A DNA stretch of 62,559 nucleotides, the filler included, from Vannella sp. (taxonomy: Eukaryota): the NCBI GenBank assembly GCA_023345925.1. It is 6 parts of 6 records of this genome, joined end to end, with 100 filler letters (N's around TTAATTAATTAA, not from the genome) between each part and the next. Parts side by side here need not be neighbours in the genome. Positions count along the whole stretch, not along the records: positions 18,783 to 32,038 come from JAJQQN010000413.1; positions 32,139 to 45,135 come from JAJQQN010000124.1; 4 more parts are not named here. One strand, given 5' to 3'. Positions 23,545 to 35,203 of the stretch are shown piece by piece. Every line of letters starts with the position of its first letter. Positions within the stretch are counted from its first letter, which is position 1. The position numbers were made by a program, and so were the translations under genes. Below the pieces are notes generated by a model. That model was given only the letters and a program-made list of their open reading frames with translations. It was not told where the DNA came from and made no database searches.

Positions 23545-25032
23545 CTATAACGATCTTTGAGCCAGCCGGGGTGGTCGAAGGAGAGGCACTTCATCGGATT
23601 TGAGGTCAGCAAAGAGAGCAGCGAGGATGCTGCGGTCCCCCGAAGTGCATTTCTCGAAAACCTCTTTTCTGTGCTTCGAGAGGAGCTCAGAGACAACCAA
23701 GAGAGCCTCCCCTTCACCTTGGCACTGTGCTTCATGCTTGGCTTTGGTCCGTTGGACCTCCACGTGGTCGCTGAAAAGGGTTTGTTCGAGCCTGTCGCGC
23801 AGTTGGACATGGAGGGTTTGGACGAGCGGGTTTAGCGCGCACATGAAGTGCTCCTTGCTGCCATCGAACTCAACCCCACTTGAGATGTTCTGGATGATCT
23901 TGAGCACGAGAATGAGGCTCCGTTGGGTGTCTGGAGTGATCTCCATTGTCTGCCGACACAAGCCGAACTTGACGGGATTGATGAGAGCAGGGCAGATGAA
24001 GCGTAGGAAGAGGACGGAGTGGACCATCATCGTCCCACTCCCTCTCAGTTGGCTGTCACTGACTGTCCAGACCATCCTGAGCATCTTTCGGACCATTAGA
24101 GGGAGCAAACACACGTTCTTGAACAGGCGCTCAGCAAAGGTGTTCACCAGCTCCACAAGAAGGTCTGTGTTCTCTTGAAGGTCCTCTTCACCACACAGGG
24201 AAGGGTTAATCTGAGGAGAATGAGTTCTCTTCCTTGACAAGTTCTTCCTCTCACCTCGAGGGCGTTTGGTAGCTTCCTGACTCGTGTGATGATGTAACGG
24301 CACGTTGATTTCAAGAAGGGGGAGGCGTACAAGCGCATGATGGTGGTAAGGAGAGCGGTGGCGGCGCTGTCTGTTCGAAGCATGGTGGAGGCCGCTAGAG
24401 CTTCTGTTGGAGGGAATGAGTCAAGGGTTGACCGAATAGAAGGCCTACCGTTGTCTTGTAGTGTGTCCAGAAGGACGAGACGCGTCAGGTTGATTAAACG
24501 GTCGCTCATCTCATAATAGGAGGCCACAGCTTCACACAGCTCCACTGGATAGTCTTCTCGTGCGCACACCACAAAGAGAACTCGGAGAATAGCATAGTCA
24601 GAGGTCTCCCCGATCTAGGGACGGTGAGAAGCAGGAGAGATGGAGGAAGAGAAGACCCCCCACCTTGAGGATACGGCGGCCGCTCTTTGTCTCTTCAGAG
24701 AACCTTTGCGAGAAGGAAGTGAACATTTGAAAGGCGGGCTCAAGAGAGGAGGGCTCGAAGGAGCAGGAGGCTCCCCGCCTTTCAAGTGAAGGATGGTTCG
24801 TTGTTTGTCGAGGTTGGAAGACGTCCAAGATATGAGAGCCTGATAACCGTGTTCTCGCTCGAGGAGAGAGTAAGAGCATGGCGGGGTCGGGATCCTCTAG
24901 AAGGGGGGATTGAGAGTCGCTCGACCTCCTCTCCTTCAGCATGGACCCCGATTTGGCCACAACTTCTCGCAGTGAGATGCTTGCACGTCTCTTCCGTCCA
25001 CTCTGGTCCCTCGACGCTCTTTGAAGAAGCAT
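23545..25032 (-). CDS. RasGAP-domain protein (multi-exon)
   Basis: Arginine-finger region TMLRTDSAAT; signature LFLRFICPALINP; KIIQNIS; KEHFM. Confidence 0.85.
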
Positions 25033-25284
25033 GGGAAGCGGAAATAAACCAAATCACCCAAATCACCTTCCGGTCACCCCAGAAAAGACATCATTATCGC
25101 ATCATTATTGCATCATTGGGATGGAGCTTCCAAATATGGGAAATGGCCATACAAGTTGGCTCTCGTTTGGTTCTCTTTTTGGTCTTTGGATGCTTCTTGG
25201 TCTGCTGTGAACCAATCCGGATTGGTCATCTCAATTTGGACACTTCCACTTCGATGTGTCCGGATTCTGGAATAAGAGGATGTC

Positions 25285-25333
25285 TGAGGAGGCTGTCACA
25301 TTGAGGAGGCTGTCATATTGAGGAGGCTGTCAC
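25285..25333. repeat. 17-bp tandem repeat, ~3 copies, at the 3' end of the DUF1697 ORF
   Basis: tgaggaggctgtcacat / tgaggaggctgtcatat / tgaggaggctgtcacac. Confidence 0.8.
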
Positions 25334-26000
25334 ACTGTCGTTCGAGAAGGGCTCTCAACTGGAGCAGAGTTCGCCAGTTGCGGGCGGTGAGTCCGCATTG
25401 GAGGAGCTTTTCGATCTTCCCAGCCACTTTAGAAGAACGTAAGCCACCGGGGGAGAAGAGAAAGAGGAGGTTCAGCTCTTCGTCAAAGTGAAGTTGTTCG
25501 TCCTCTCCTTTTTGCAGTGAAAGAGCCTCCAAACCTCCTTTCGACACTTCCCCAAGGGCAAAGTAGACGAGATAGCGGCTGGGCGAGTCCTCTCCGAGAG
25601 TAAAGTGGCTCCTTCGTAGTACCTTTGTGAGCAAGTCTGCTGGATGAACGACAAACGAGCAAGACAGCTTCAGGTTCTCCAAGACATCGCTTATCTCTAA
25701 CTGAAGCTCGTCCCTCTCAGCATTGGACGTGAGAATGAGGTTGCCAGTCTGAATGTAGGTCACCACAGGTGCTCTACTGAACATGGGACGGGCATCAAAG
25801 GCAGCGGAGAGCTCTTTCATTCGAATGACGTTCTTCCCACCGATGTTCATCGCCCTGAACAGAACCAGCCACACCTTGTACTCCCCACAGTGCGCCACCT
25901 CATCTACTTCATCCCTCTCCCCCTCAAGCGCCACACACTTCTCTTCCTGCGCTCCACCAAACGGGCGAATCGGTCCTTGTGCACCTCCATCGCCGTCCAT
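25296..26000 (-). CDS. DUF1697 family protein
   Basis: LFRAMNIGGKNVIRMKEL..VVTYIQTGNLIL..LTARNWRTL, matching my recollection of the DUF1697 motifs (LRGINVGG, TYIQSGN, TARNWNT). Confidence 0.8.
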   Translation of the reverse strand: MDGDGGAQGPIRPFGGAQEEKCVALEGERDEVDEVAHCGEYKVWLVLFRAMNIGGKNVIRMKELSAAFDARPMFSRAPVVTYIQTGNLILTSNAERDELQLEISDVLENLKLSCSFVVHPADLLTKVLRRSHFTLGEDSPSRYLVYFALGEVSKGGLEALSLQKGEDEQLHFDEELNLLFLFSPGGLRSSKVAGKIEKLLQCGLTARNWRTLLQLRALLERQCDSLLNMTASSM

Positions 26001-26115
26001 GCGACGGGAAATGCTCTAAATCGAGTGGAATGAGACCTGGGAGGACGACGAGTCACCCTTCTGTGACACAGAAGAGTAGGAGGAGGCTGGGAAGAGGTGA
26101 TAAGGACAGTTTTTG

Positions 26116-29100
26116 ATGCCCGGACGAGCGGGGAGCGGGCCGTTGGTGCGAACTGAGGTTCAGGCTCTTGCAAGAGCGCATTGGGGCACTCCGTTGAGTG
26201 TGGGGGACCAGGCGGATGAGGGGTTGATAGCGGAGATCTACGCTGGGTTGAACGCGGACGGTGTTCGGGAGCTGGAGTTGGCTCACTACTTGGAGGACTA
26301 TCTGTGGCCTTCTTTTGCAGGTGTGAGCGCTACGCCAGATCACTTGATGTCGATTGTCGTTATCTTGAATGAGAAAGCGCGACAGAACATCCCTGTGTGG
26401 CCTACGTTAGGTTCAGACACTTTGCCCGCTCTCTTTGACGCTCTCTTGCCTTTGGCAGCCCGTATGAACGATCTAAGTCTTCAAGAACGTATCAGCATCG
26501 TTGTCTTCTGGCAGGGTGCCTTCCAGAGCCTTGAGGAGGACGCAGTTGTCCGCCAAGTCGTTCGCCTCTTTGGACTCCCTTGTTGGGCTCATCTTCCTCC
26601 CTCTGCCCGTGATGCACTGTTCTCTCAGCAACCACGACTACTCAAGCAATGGAGACACTTTGAAAGGAGTCGTGACTCTGCTGCTCCAGCTGCGAAGCGA
26701 CTGAAGGGCGAAAAGACTTTGCCTCCGAGTCGTGGGGAGTACTTTTACGAGCAGCACTTCATTTGGGATATGCTGACGAGCTTCCGCCTCTTCATCAAGT
26801 CTATGGACACTCACAATGAGCCTCCTCAACCTCTGGAAGTGCTTTACTCTGAGAAGATCGCCGAGTTCCTCGTTGATCTGCTGTCCCAGTTGCCCACAAG
26901 GCGTTACTTTCGGCAGTTACTTCAAGCTTCCTTTCTACTTCCCGTCTTACGACTCTGTTCTCTTGTAACCAACCCAGAGGCCAAGTAAGTCATGTAACCG
27001 TCACCTTTTGGTCTTCTCCTCACTCTCCTGGCTTCAGAATGTTCCACACGTTGCTTCTAAGACTCAACTACTACTTTTGCTTTGACGTAGACGACTTCAC
27101 GGGCACTGCACTGACCCGAGATGAGGTGATCGAGCAGCATTACGAGCGTTTGCAGACCCTTCAGGTGGTCGCTTACAAGTTCTTCTCCCCCACTCTTCGC
27201 CCCTTCTCCTTGCGGAACGTAGGTTCGATTGAAGAGCGCCGTGCGCTGCGATCGAACCTCGCATTGCTTGCTCCCGAAGAGTTGTGCCGGTTAGCCCGTC
27301 ACTTGAACCTTCTTGGGGAGGACCTCGTGGAGGGGGTCGACCCAGAGGTCATTTTGGAGGCGATTCTGTTGCTCCATGAGAAGCGCCCGTCCAAATCGGA
27401 CCATATTGTGAGCACGGCGCTCTATCCTCAGGAGAATGTACTCTGGCAAAGTGCCACAACGAGTGCCATTGACTGCTTGGGACAGCGTTGTACTGCTCTG
27501 CCCAAGCTGAATCTCCAATTCTTGAGCTTCTTTGACTACTTGGAGCGCAATTACACTCTTTATCAGCAGGAGGCCATGCATTCTATCCGCCATGATTTGG
27601 AGGACGTTGTTCAGCGTCTGGCTCCTCGCAAGGTGGTGGAAACAGGAAAGACAGAGTTGACAGGATGGGCCCGAATGGGATCACCTGTCTTCCGGTTCGC
27701 CCTGGATAACGTCCGAAAGCCCAACCTCGGTGATACAGTGCCATCCCAAGTGTCTGCTCTTGTAGACATCAACCTGGCTCCAATGAGACCAGAGATACGG
27801 GACGAATGGATGCTTATCAAGCCAAACGACGTTTTGTTCCTTCTCTCCCTGAAAGGCGGTGCTCGTCGCGGAGAGGATGTGGACTACTCAAAGTCCTTTG
27901 TTGAGGCATTTGGATTGGAAGCAATTCGGGGCTGCGTTGTGACGCAAGTTCTCGACGACCAAGGCAACATTGTCCAACAGAATGCCGCTTCGAAGGACCG
28001 ACGAAGCAGGGGAGATCGTGGGCAGATTGAAAGGCGCAAGTTCCGAGTTAGCTTTGACGCTCACCAGTACTATCTGGACATGAAAGAAGATCGTGAAGCT
28101 CTGTACGAGAAGAAAGGGTCTTTCAATGTCATCGTCCGCCGCTCCAACAAGGAGAATCCGTTCAAGGGGGTTCTCGAAAGCATGCGCACTTTGATGAAGG
28201 AGGACATTTTCCCGGTGCCAGAGTGGTTCCAGGACCTTTTCTTGGGATACGGAGATCCAACAAACGCGGCTGCTTCCGCCTCTCCACTTGCTCAGGTTCA
28301 GTGGAGAGACACTTATCTGGACTTTGACCATTTAGCTTCTTCGTTTCCTGATTACCAAGTGACTTTGGACAACCCCAGAGGTCTTCCAGTCTGTCCTCCC
28401 TTCCACGCAATGTTGGATGGGACTGCCATGACAGTGACTCCTCACAGAGAGCCACGAAACAGTCCGTATCCTTCTCCTGTGGGCATGGTTGGCAACCAGA
28501 TTCGATTCACTCCGGTTCAGAGCCAAGCCATCTTATCTGGTCTTAAGGAGGGCCTGACCCTGGTAGTTGGTCCTCCTGGCACTGGAAAGACCGACGTGGC
28601 CGTCCAAATTGTCAGTCTCCTTTATCATAATCAGCCAGGGCAACGCACTCTGCTCGTCACTCACTCTAATCAAGCTTTGAACCAACTTTTCGAGAAGCTG
28701 ATGGCTTTGGGCCACATTGACCAACGACACCTTCTGCGTTTGGGCCACGGCGAAGCTGGACTTACTCTTGCTCATGGAGAGTCTCTTGGCTTCAGCCACG
28801 TGGGCCGAGTGGACTATCTCCTGGCCCGCCGCCTGGAAGCCCTTCGCAAGGTCGAGAGTCTAGCGACTACCTTGAACAGCCCTACCGACGTTGCCTATTC
28901 GTGCGAAACTGCCAGTTTGTTCTTCCAGCACGTCGTAGTGCCCTTGTGGAAACGATTCCAGAGTTGCTGTGCAGATGACGAGTCGAACGACGCCATTCGC
29001 GTTCACTTTCCCTTCAGTGCCTTCTTTGCAGACGTTCCTAGCTTGTTTATGGAGCAGCGCGAGAAGGATATAGAGCAAGCAGAAGCGTGTTGGGCTTATA

Positions 29101-30279
29101 TCTCGGAACTCTTTGACGAATTAGCTGAACTCCGTCCCTTCGAGCTGCTCAGAAAGAAGAACGAGCGGACCAACTACCTTCTTGCTAAGGGCGCTCGAAT
29201 CATTGCCATGACTTGCAGCCACGCTGCTATGCGCCGTAATGAGCTTGCTGCTTTGGGCTTCCAAGCGGATAACATTGTGATGGAGGAGGCCGCGCAGGCT
29301 TTGGATGTGGAGACTTTCTTGCCCGTTCTTTGTAGGCCAACGAACTGTGCTCAGCGACACCCCTTGCGGCGTCTTGTGCTGCTTGGAGATCACCACCAAC
29401 TCCCTCCTATCATCCAGCAACCGCTGCTTCAGTCCCACTCGCATCTGGACCAATCCCTCTTCACGAGACTGATTCGGTTGGGTGCCTCTGCCATCCAATT
29501 GGATGCCCAAGGCCGTTGCCGCCCATCCTTGGCTGCGTTGTACCGCTGGCAATATGCCCATCTCGGGAACCTCCCCGTGGTTCAGCAAGTAGACTCTGCC
29601 TTTGATAGAGCGAATGCTGGGATGGCATTGGAGTATCAACTGATTGACGTGGGCGATGCCAATGGGGAAGGGGAGACCGCACCGCGGCCACATTACTTCC
29701 AGAATCTGGAGGAGGCAGAGTATTTGGTCTCTCTGTTCCAGTACCTGCGCCTCCAAGGCCACCCCGCTGCCTCCATAACCTTCATCACTTCCTATCAAGG
29801 CCAGCGAGATCTCCTTCGCGATGTCACCCGGCAACGCTGCGGCAACAACTTCTTTGGACTGCCAAACAAGATCACCACCGTCGACCGCTTCCAAGGGCAA
29901 CAGAACGACAGTGAGTCCACTTGGAAGGGGTTTCTGTGAGACACTCTAACTTTGCTATGCAGTCATTCTCTTCTCCATGGTGCGAACGAAGCGAGTGGGA
30001 CACATCCGCGATGTCCGTCGGTTGATTGTGGCGATGTCCCGAGCCCGGCTGGGTTTGTACGTGTTCTGCCGTGCAGATCTCTTTGGTCGTTGCGCAGAGT
30101 TGCATCCTGCCTTCTCTCAGCTACTTCAGAGGCCGAAACAGCTCCAGCTGGTCCCTCAAGAGACTTATCCGACCGTCCGCAAGAACACCCAAGAGCCAAG
30201 CGACATTCTCACTGTCACGGACTTCCGCCACTTTGGGACGCTCATTCAGTCCTTGTCAGAAGCCCGAGTCCAACAATAG
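26116..30279 (+). CDS. AQR: Intron-binding spliceosomal helicase Aquarius (IBP160), 3 exons
   Basis: [71 protein letters not shown]; introns ~26984-27038 and ~29911-29961. Confidence 0.95.
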
Positions 30280-30331
30280 TCCCTGTAAAGGCTAAAGGCA
30301 ACTCCAGAACCTCTTTGGAAGCCACTTTTTG

Positions 30332-31687
30332 ATGGGCGGGTTCGGAGAGGCGTCTTCCCGCCTCTTGTTCGCGGCTAGTGCGCCTGGTTCGCTGATTCCA
30401 GGCTTTGTGGTAGGGTCGTACTTGCAGTTTGTGTATATGGAGATGTGGAACATCCCTGCCAGGGACGTCTCTCTCTTGTGGGCGCTGTTTAATGGTGCGA
30501 AAGTCGTGGCCACGCTTACTCTCGGTACGTGGCTGGATCGGACGTCTATCTCTCGCAGTGTAACGTTGGCTACTTCTATTGTCTTGCTTCTGGCGGGCTT
30601 CTTCGCTCTCTGGACGCCGTTTGCGCTTCCCACGACTTGGCATTACGCCGTCATTGGTGTGGCTTTGGTGGCCTTCGGAGTGGGTGACACGCTGTTTGTT
30701 CTCTCCCGCGCACTCATGTTTAGTGAACTCTTCGACCCTGCAGCTCGAAACCAGCTGATGGTGCCTCAGCAACTTTGTTTTATCGGCGGGATCATCACAG
30801 CGATGATCCTTCCGCCCATTCTCTCCAGCCAATGGACAGATCTCTCTCCTATGACCACCTTTATCCTCACCTGCACTCTCCTGAGCTGCTCCTCGGCCAT
30901 ACTCGCGGCATCCCTTCGCCCAAGTGCTCCCAAAGAGCCTGTGAAGGCCAAGAAGGGCTTGCCCAAGCCAAAAGGGTCGCTTGTGAACAGCCTCAGTGAC
31001 CCTAGCCTTGTCAAGTACCTTGTGGCGATGTTCTGTGTGAACTTGGGCTTCTGCTGCATGATGACATCGATGTCTCTCTACCTCAAGTACATGGTGCCAG
31101 GTGTGAACGTTCCCTACATCGTACCTTACTGGGAGATCACTTTGGATGCCTCCTCTCAAGTGGGAGTGGCCCAACTGATCGGCCAGATCGCCTCCATCGT
31201 CTCCACTTCCTTCTGGATGAAGATTGCTTCGTCCCTCGGCAACGCCAGAGCTTGGCAGCTGGGTGCAATCATGGTGAGTGCTGTATACATAGCTCAGTAC
31301 TTGTTAGAGACGGGGAGCTTCCACTTCCTGCTCGTAATGCAAGTTCTGGCGTCCGTCTCCATCGCCCCCTTGAACATCCTCCCTTCGCTGATTGTCTCTG
31401 AGTTGGGAGACGCATACAAAGCCTCACACCAAGGAGAGAGCAACACGGGCTTCTACCAGTCGATGAGCGCCCTGACGTACACGCTAGCGTCCATCCAACA
31501 GGGCTTCCTCTCCGGATTCCTCCTTTCCTCGTCGGGATACGACTCTTCGGCTTCCCAGCAGACCCCGGAGGCCTTGTTTGCTATCAACTCTTGGGCGCTC
31601 TTCCTGCCCGCTCTGTTCATGACCTTGTCGGCGATCACCATGCACAACTTCAACGCCCTCCCCAAAGCCAAGCCCAAGAAGGACTGA
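30332..31687 (+). CDS. MFS transporter (MFS_2/GPH sugar-cation symporter-like), intronless
   Basis: About 12 hydrophobic segments; GTWLDRT loop motif; GFYQSM; SGYDSSASQQTPEAL near the C-terminus, typical of GPH members. Confidence 0.8.
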   Translation: MGGFGEASSRLLFAASAPGSLIPGFVVGSYLQFVYMEMWNIPARDVSLLWALFNGAKVVATLTLGTWLDRTSISRSVTLATSIVLLLAGFFALWTPFALPTTWHYAVIGVALVAFGVGDTLFVLSRALMFSELFDPAARNQLMVPQQLCFIGGIITAMILPPILSSQWTDLSPMTTFILTCTLLSCSSAILAASLRPSAPKEPVKAKKGLPKPKGSLVNSLSDPSLVKYLVAMFCVNLGFCCMMTSMSLYLKYMVPGVNVPYIVPYWEITLDASSQVGVAQLIGQIASIVSTSFWMKIASSLGNARAWQLGAIMVSAVYIAQYLLETGSFHFLLVMQVLASVSIAPLNILPSLIVSELGDAYKASHQGESNTGFYQSMSALTYTLASIQQGFLSGFLLSSSGYDSSASQQTPEALFAINSWALFLPALFMTLSAITMHNFNALPKAKPKKD

Positions 31688-31896
31688 CCTGCTTTCTCCC
31701 ATTTCCGTGACTCAGTGACTCCCTTGTTTGGTACACAACTTCAGGAACAACCGGTTGGTAGTCTTCCGCGATCCGTTTCTCTCGTTTGGCCACATAAACT
31801 GGCTCCCTTTCCACTTGACGAGAAAAGCTTTTCTCCTTTCATCCTTCCCTTTTGGGAACAGATCTTTCATCAACTGATCATTGAGAAGGCAGATTT

Positions 31897-31996
31897 CGAG
31901 AGAATTCACCTCCCCAGTCAACCACGTCCGCTGGCCTCAAAAGTACCTCTAAATATGATCGGGACCTTTGCGGATCAAGTTTTTATATGTTTTTAA
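31897..31996 (+). repeat. Dispersed ~100-bp non-coding element, copy B (near contig end)
   Basis: caaccacgtccgctggcctcaaaagtacctctaaatatgatcgggaccttt...tttttatatgtttt matches the reverse complement of 3435-3541. Confidence 0.65.
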
Positions 31997-32038
31997 GAGG
32001 GCCATTTTTAGATCTTAGGTAATTCTCTCTTCCCTTTT

Positions 32039-32138
32039 NNNNNNNNNNNNNNNNNNNNNNNNNNNNNNNNNNNNNNNNNNNNTTAATTAATTAANNNNNN
32101 NNNNNNNNNNNNNNNNNNNNNNNNNNNNNNNNNNNNNN
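32039..32138. other. Artificial contig linker
   Basis: N44-TTAATTAATTAA-N44. Confidence 0.97.
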
Positions 32139-32192
32139 GACTAGAAATCTATTCCTGGCAACGGGGCGCAGGTTCGAGTCCTGCAGTCGTCG
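32139..32192 (+). tRNA. tRNA-Ser(AGA), 3' portion only (cut by linker)
   Basis: Anticodon loop CT-AGA-AA; long variable arm; T-arm gcagGTTCGAGTCctgc; 3' acceptor strand gtcgtc plus G discriminator. Confidence 0.85.
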
Positions 32193-32197
32193 AACTC

Positions 32198-32202
32198 TTT
32201 TT
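32198..32202 (+). terminator. Pol III oligo-T terminator
   Basis: T5 run just after the tRNA 3' end. Confidence 0.6.
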
Positions 32203-32537
32203 AGCCTAGCTCATTCTTGCTACCAATATCACTTTTTCGATGTGGAGATTGAGCACATAATCTTGAGCAATGATCATATGAGATGTCTCTGTCAGCTGAC
32301 ATGTCCCAAAAAAATCTACGTAAAGCATTGATTTTTCAGAGGGAAGACCCTTTCTGCGTTCAATGAGCGATCCGCAGCTCAGGCCCGTCAACATCAATAA
32401 ACCCATTCGACAGAGCATGTTTTGGCCAAATCTCCTGTCTTCGAAAGTCCATCTTCTGTCTCAGTGGCTTTCAAGATTTGCATTCTCCTCCTTGTCTGGT
32501 ATTAATGGATTCAGTAACTTTCAGAATTGAAGCTGAT

Positions 32538-33986
32538 TTAATGCCAAAGGTGGGTCTGGATGGGAGTAAAATAGATTTTTCCAGAGCCAAGACACTCCCC
32601 ATACAAAAAGAACGCCAAATACTGTCCTGCAGCAAGATCTTGAGACTTTTCAATAAAGTCCACTTGAATGACCTTCTCTTCTGTGCTAGGAGCGTTTGGA
32701 AGGGCTCCCAAGAGAATTTGGTGATTCTTGGGCGGTTCATCCAATTGCCGGAGCAAAGCGACTTGTTTTTTCCCTAAATTGGTCGTTTGCACTTGAATAG
32801 GGACTCCTTCTTTTGACTAAAGCCAATTAGTCGGGGACGGGAGTGCTGATTGAATTGGAGATGTCCTACCGCGAGTCCCAGAGGAGGATGTCCAGCGATC
32901 CAATTCACTTGAGTCACATACGTCCGCATAACTTGGCGTTCCTCCCTGAGACCTACAAGGATCTCATTCTTCTGAAAGTCTTTCCCAATGCAAAAGTATC
33001 TTTCTCCGAGAACCACTCGTTAGGCTCAAATCTATCGCAGCGTTCATCTCTTACGGTTCCGGGTGTCCTCCAATGCGAGCTCTTTCCCCAACCGTCATAG
33101 TATGAAGTCCCTGGTGCTGTCCCAGAACACCGTCCTTGCTACGAATGAGACCGGGATTGGGAGGAATGTACTGGGAGAGGAACACTTTGAATCCACTCCG
33201 CCTTTTGCCAACGAAGCAGACCCCCATGGACTCGCGCTTCTCCAACAGGAACCGTAAAGAGGCTTCTTCACCCGCTATTGACTTGACCTGCTTCTTGGTG
33301 AACTCCCCCAGTGGGAATTCAAGTCGGCTGAGCTGTTCCTGGGTGATCTGAGAGAGGAAATAAGACTGGTCCTTGCTCAAGTCCACTCCAGAGAACAAAC
33401 GATACAAAGGCCGGCCTTGATCATCAAAGGAGACCTTCCGTTGAGCATAATGGCCCGTGGCGACGGTAGATAAGCCCAAAGCACCCTCTATGAAGTCTGG
33501 GAGCACAGAAGCCTTGATGAAGCGGTTGCAAAGGATGTCAGGGTTGGGTGTGAAGCCTTCTTGGTACTCTTTGACCACGCGAGTCCACACATCCGTCCAG
33601 TACTCCTCTGAGAAGGATACTCTATGGAAGGGGATCTGCAGCGCTTCACACACTTGCCGTGCGTCCTTCTCGTCCTGCTCAAAGCAAGCAAACGTCTCCC
33701 GATTTGCTTCCGCAGTGGCGTGAAGGGTCTCATCTGATGAAAGGTCCCAGTTCTGCATGTGAACTCCAACCACATCATGTCCCGCTCTCTTCATCAGCAA
33801 TGCAGTGACAGCAGAGTCCACCCCGCCTGATATCGCTACCGCAACCTGGCGCCGTTCTCCTGTTACCGTCCTCCTCACCCACCAGACTCCTCCCATGGCC
33901 CTCAGACGAGCAGAAGGAGTGACCCTCCTCAGTTTCCCCACTACTGACATACGCCAGGCTGCCGGGGACAGCACAAAATGCCTCAT
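32538..33986 (-). CDS. TRMU: Mitochondrial tRNA-specific 2-thiouridylase (MnmA/TRMU), 3 exons
   Basis: AISGGVDS; MQNWD; TPNPDILCNRFIK; ATGHYA; KDQSYFL; ESMGVCFVG; last exon AAGQYLAFFLYGECLGSGKI. Start may be a later ATG. Confidence 0.93.
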
Positions 33987-34006
33987 TTTCATTCCGCCCC
34001 GCGCCC

Positions 34007-35122
34007 ATGTTCAAGAAGAAGGAGATTATCAGCACCGATGACGTCAACAAGGCGAAGAAGCAGGCTACGAAGGGTGTGAAGACTGTTCTCTCTATCGGTT
34101 GCTACAACTCAGAGACAGACGACGAGATTGGGCGCAGCAAAGAGCACGCCAAGCACATGCGCCGGACTCGTCGCAAGAACTTTGCGAGGAAGATGAATCT
34201 GATCGATCCCAACTACGGGAAGAAGGCTGCTGGTGTACTTGTAGCTGGTACGGCTATTGGGCTGGCAACTACGGCTGTACCAGCTGTGGGAGGAATACTT
34301 GGGCCAAGTCTCGGTGGGGCGGTCATTGCTGGAGGCCTTGCCTTCCTTGAGACAGACGCACATCGATCAGTGGGAGACCATGCTATCTTAGATAGCCTCC
34401 TGGATGACCGAGATGACAACTGGCGTACGAACGCCACATTGAACGGCTTTGACGGCCACGGGGACTTTGCAACCGAGTACGACCGTGAACAGATGCTTGC
34501 TTGGTCAGATAGTGACGACGATGGTATGGACGATCTTCTTCCAGAGGAGATGAGCCGCAATCCAGTGTCTTCTGAGGCGAAACCCCTTTCGAACCCTCTC
34601 TTCGACGACGATGGTGGTGATTTGCTGGGGGGAATGAGCTCAATCAGTCTAACAAAGAAGACTCCCGTGCCCCGACCTCCTTCTCCACAGCTTGGAGAGC
34701 GTCAGGGCCAGCGCACGTCTAATCCACACTCCACCGGAGCCGTCCAACTACTGGGGAACGACTTTTTGAGCTCCAACCCGGCTCCTCAACCAGCCACGAC
34801 ACAGCAAGATGACTTCTTTGCTTCTTTCACACAACAGCCAGCCTTACAACCGCAAAGCCAATCCGTCAGAAGCCCGCCTGCCGCCGAGGTTGACTTCTTT
34901 GCTGATTTTGCAGGAAGCGCCTCTGCAAGCCGAGCTGCAGCACCTCCAACGTACACCAGCAACACATCGTTCTTCTCTGCCGTTGCTTCTGCCATACCTT
35001 CCACTCCCTCACCCGCATCAAACTTCCAACGTCCCTCCACGTACTCCCCTTCCCCCGTTCCCGCTGCCAGCAACGATCCATTCGCTGATCTCTATGCTCG
35101 AGCAACTGGAGCAAGTGGATAG
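34007..35122 (+). CDS. Hypothetical protein: basic N-terminus, Gly-rich hydrophobic segment, disordered tail with DLL/DFF/DPF motifs
   Basis: 371-aa ORF; motifs DDLL, GDLL, DDFFASF, DFFADF, DPFADL. Confidence 0.65.
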   Translation: MFKKKEIISTDDVNKAKKQATKGVKTVLSIGCYNSETDDEIGRSKEHAKHMRRTRRKNFARKMNLIDPNYGKKAAGVLVAGTAIGLATTAVPAVGGILGPSLGGAVIAGGLAFLETDAHRSVGDHAILDSLLDDRDDNWRTNATLNGFDGHGDFATEYDREQMLAWSDSDDDGMDDLLPEEMSRNPVSSEAKPLSNPLFDDDGGDLLGGMSSISLTKKTPVPRPPSPQLGERQGQRTSNPHSTGAVQLLGNDFLSSNPAPQPATTQQDDFFASFTQQPALQPQSQSVRSPPAAEVDFFADFAGSASASRAAAPPTYTSNTSFFSAVASAIPSTPSPASNFQRPSTYSPSPVPAASNDPFADLYARATGASG

Positions 35123-35203
35123 AGTGGATCCAACGCAAGGAGCTTCTGAAGGTCACGAAAAGCTCTAAATCCTTTGTTGCACGAGAAAGTGAGTTACAGT
35201 GAG

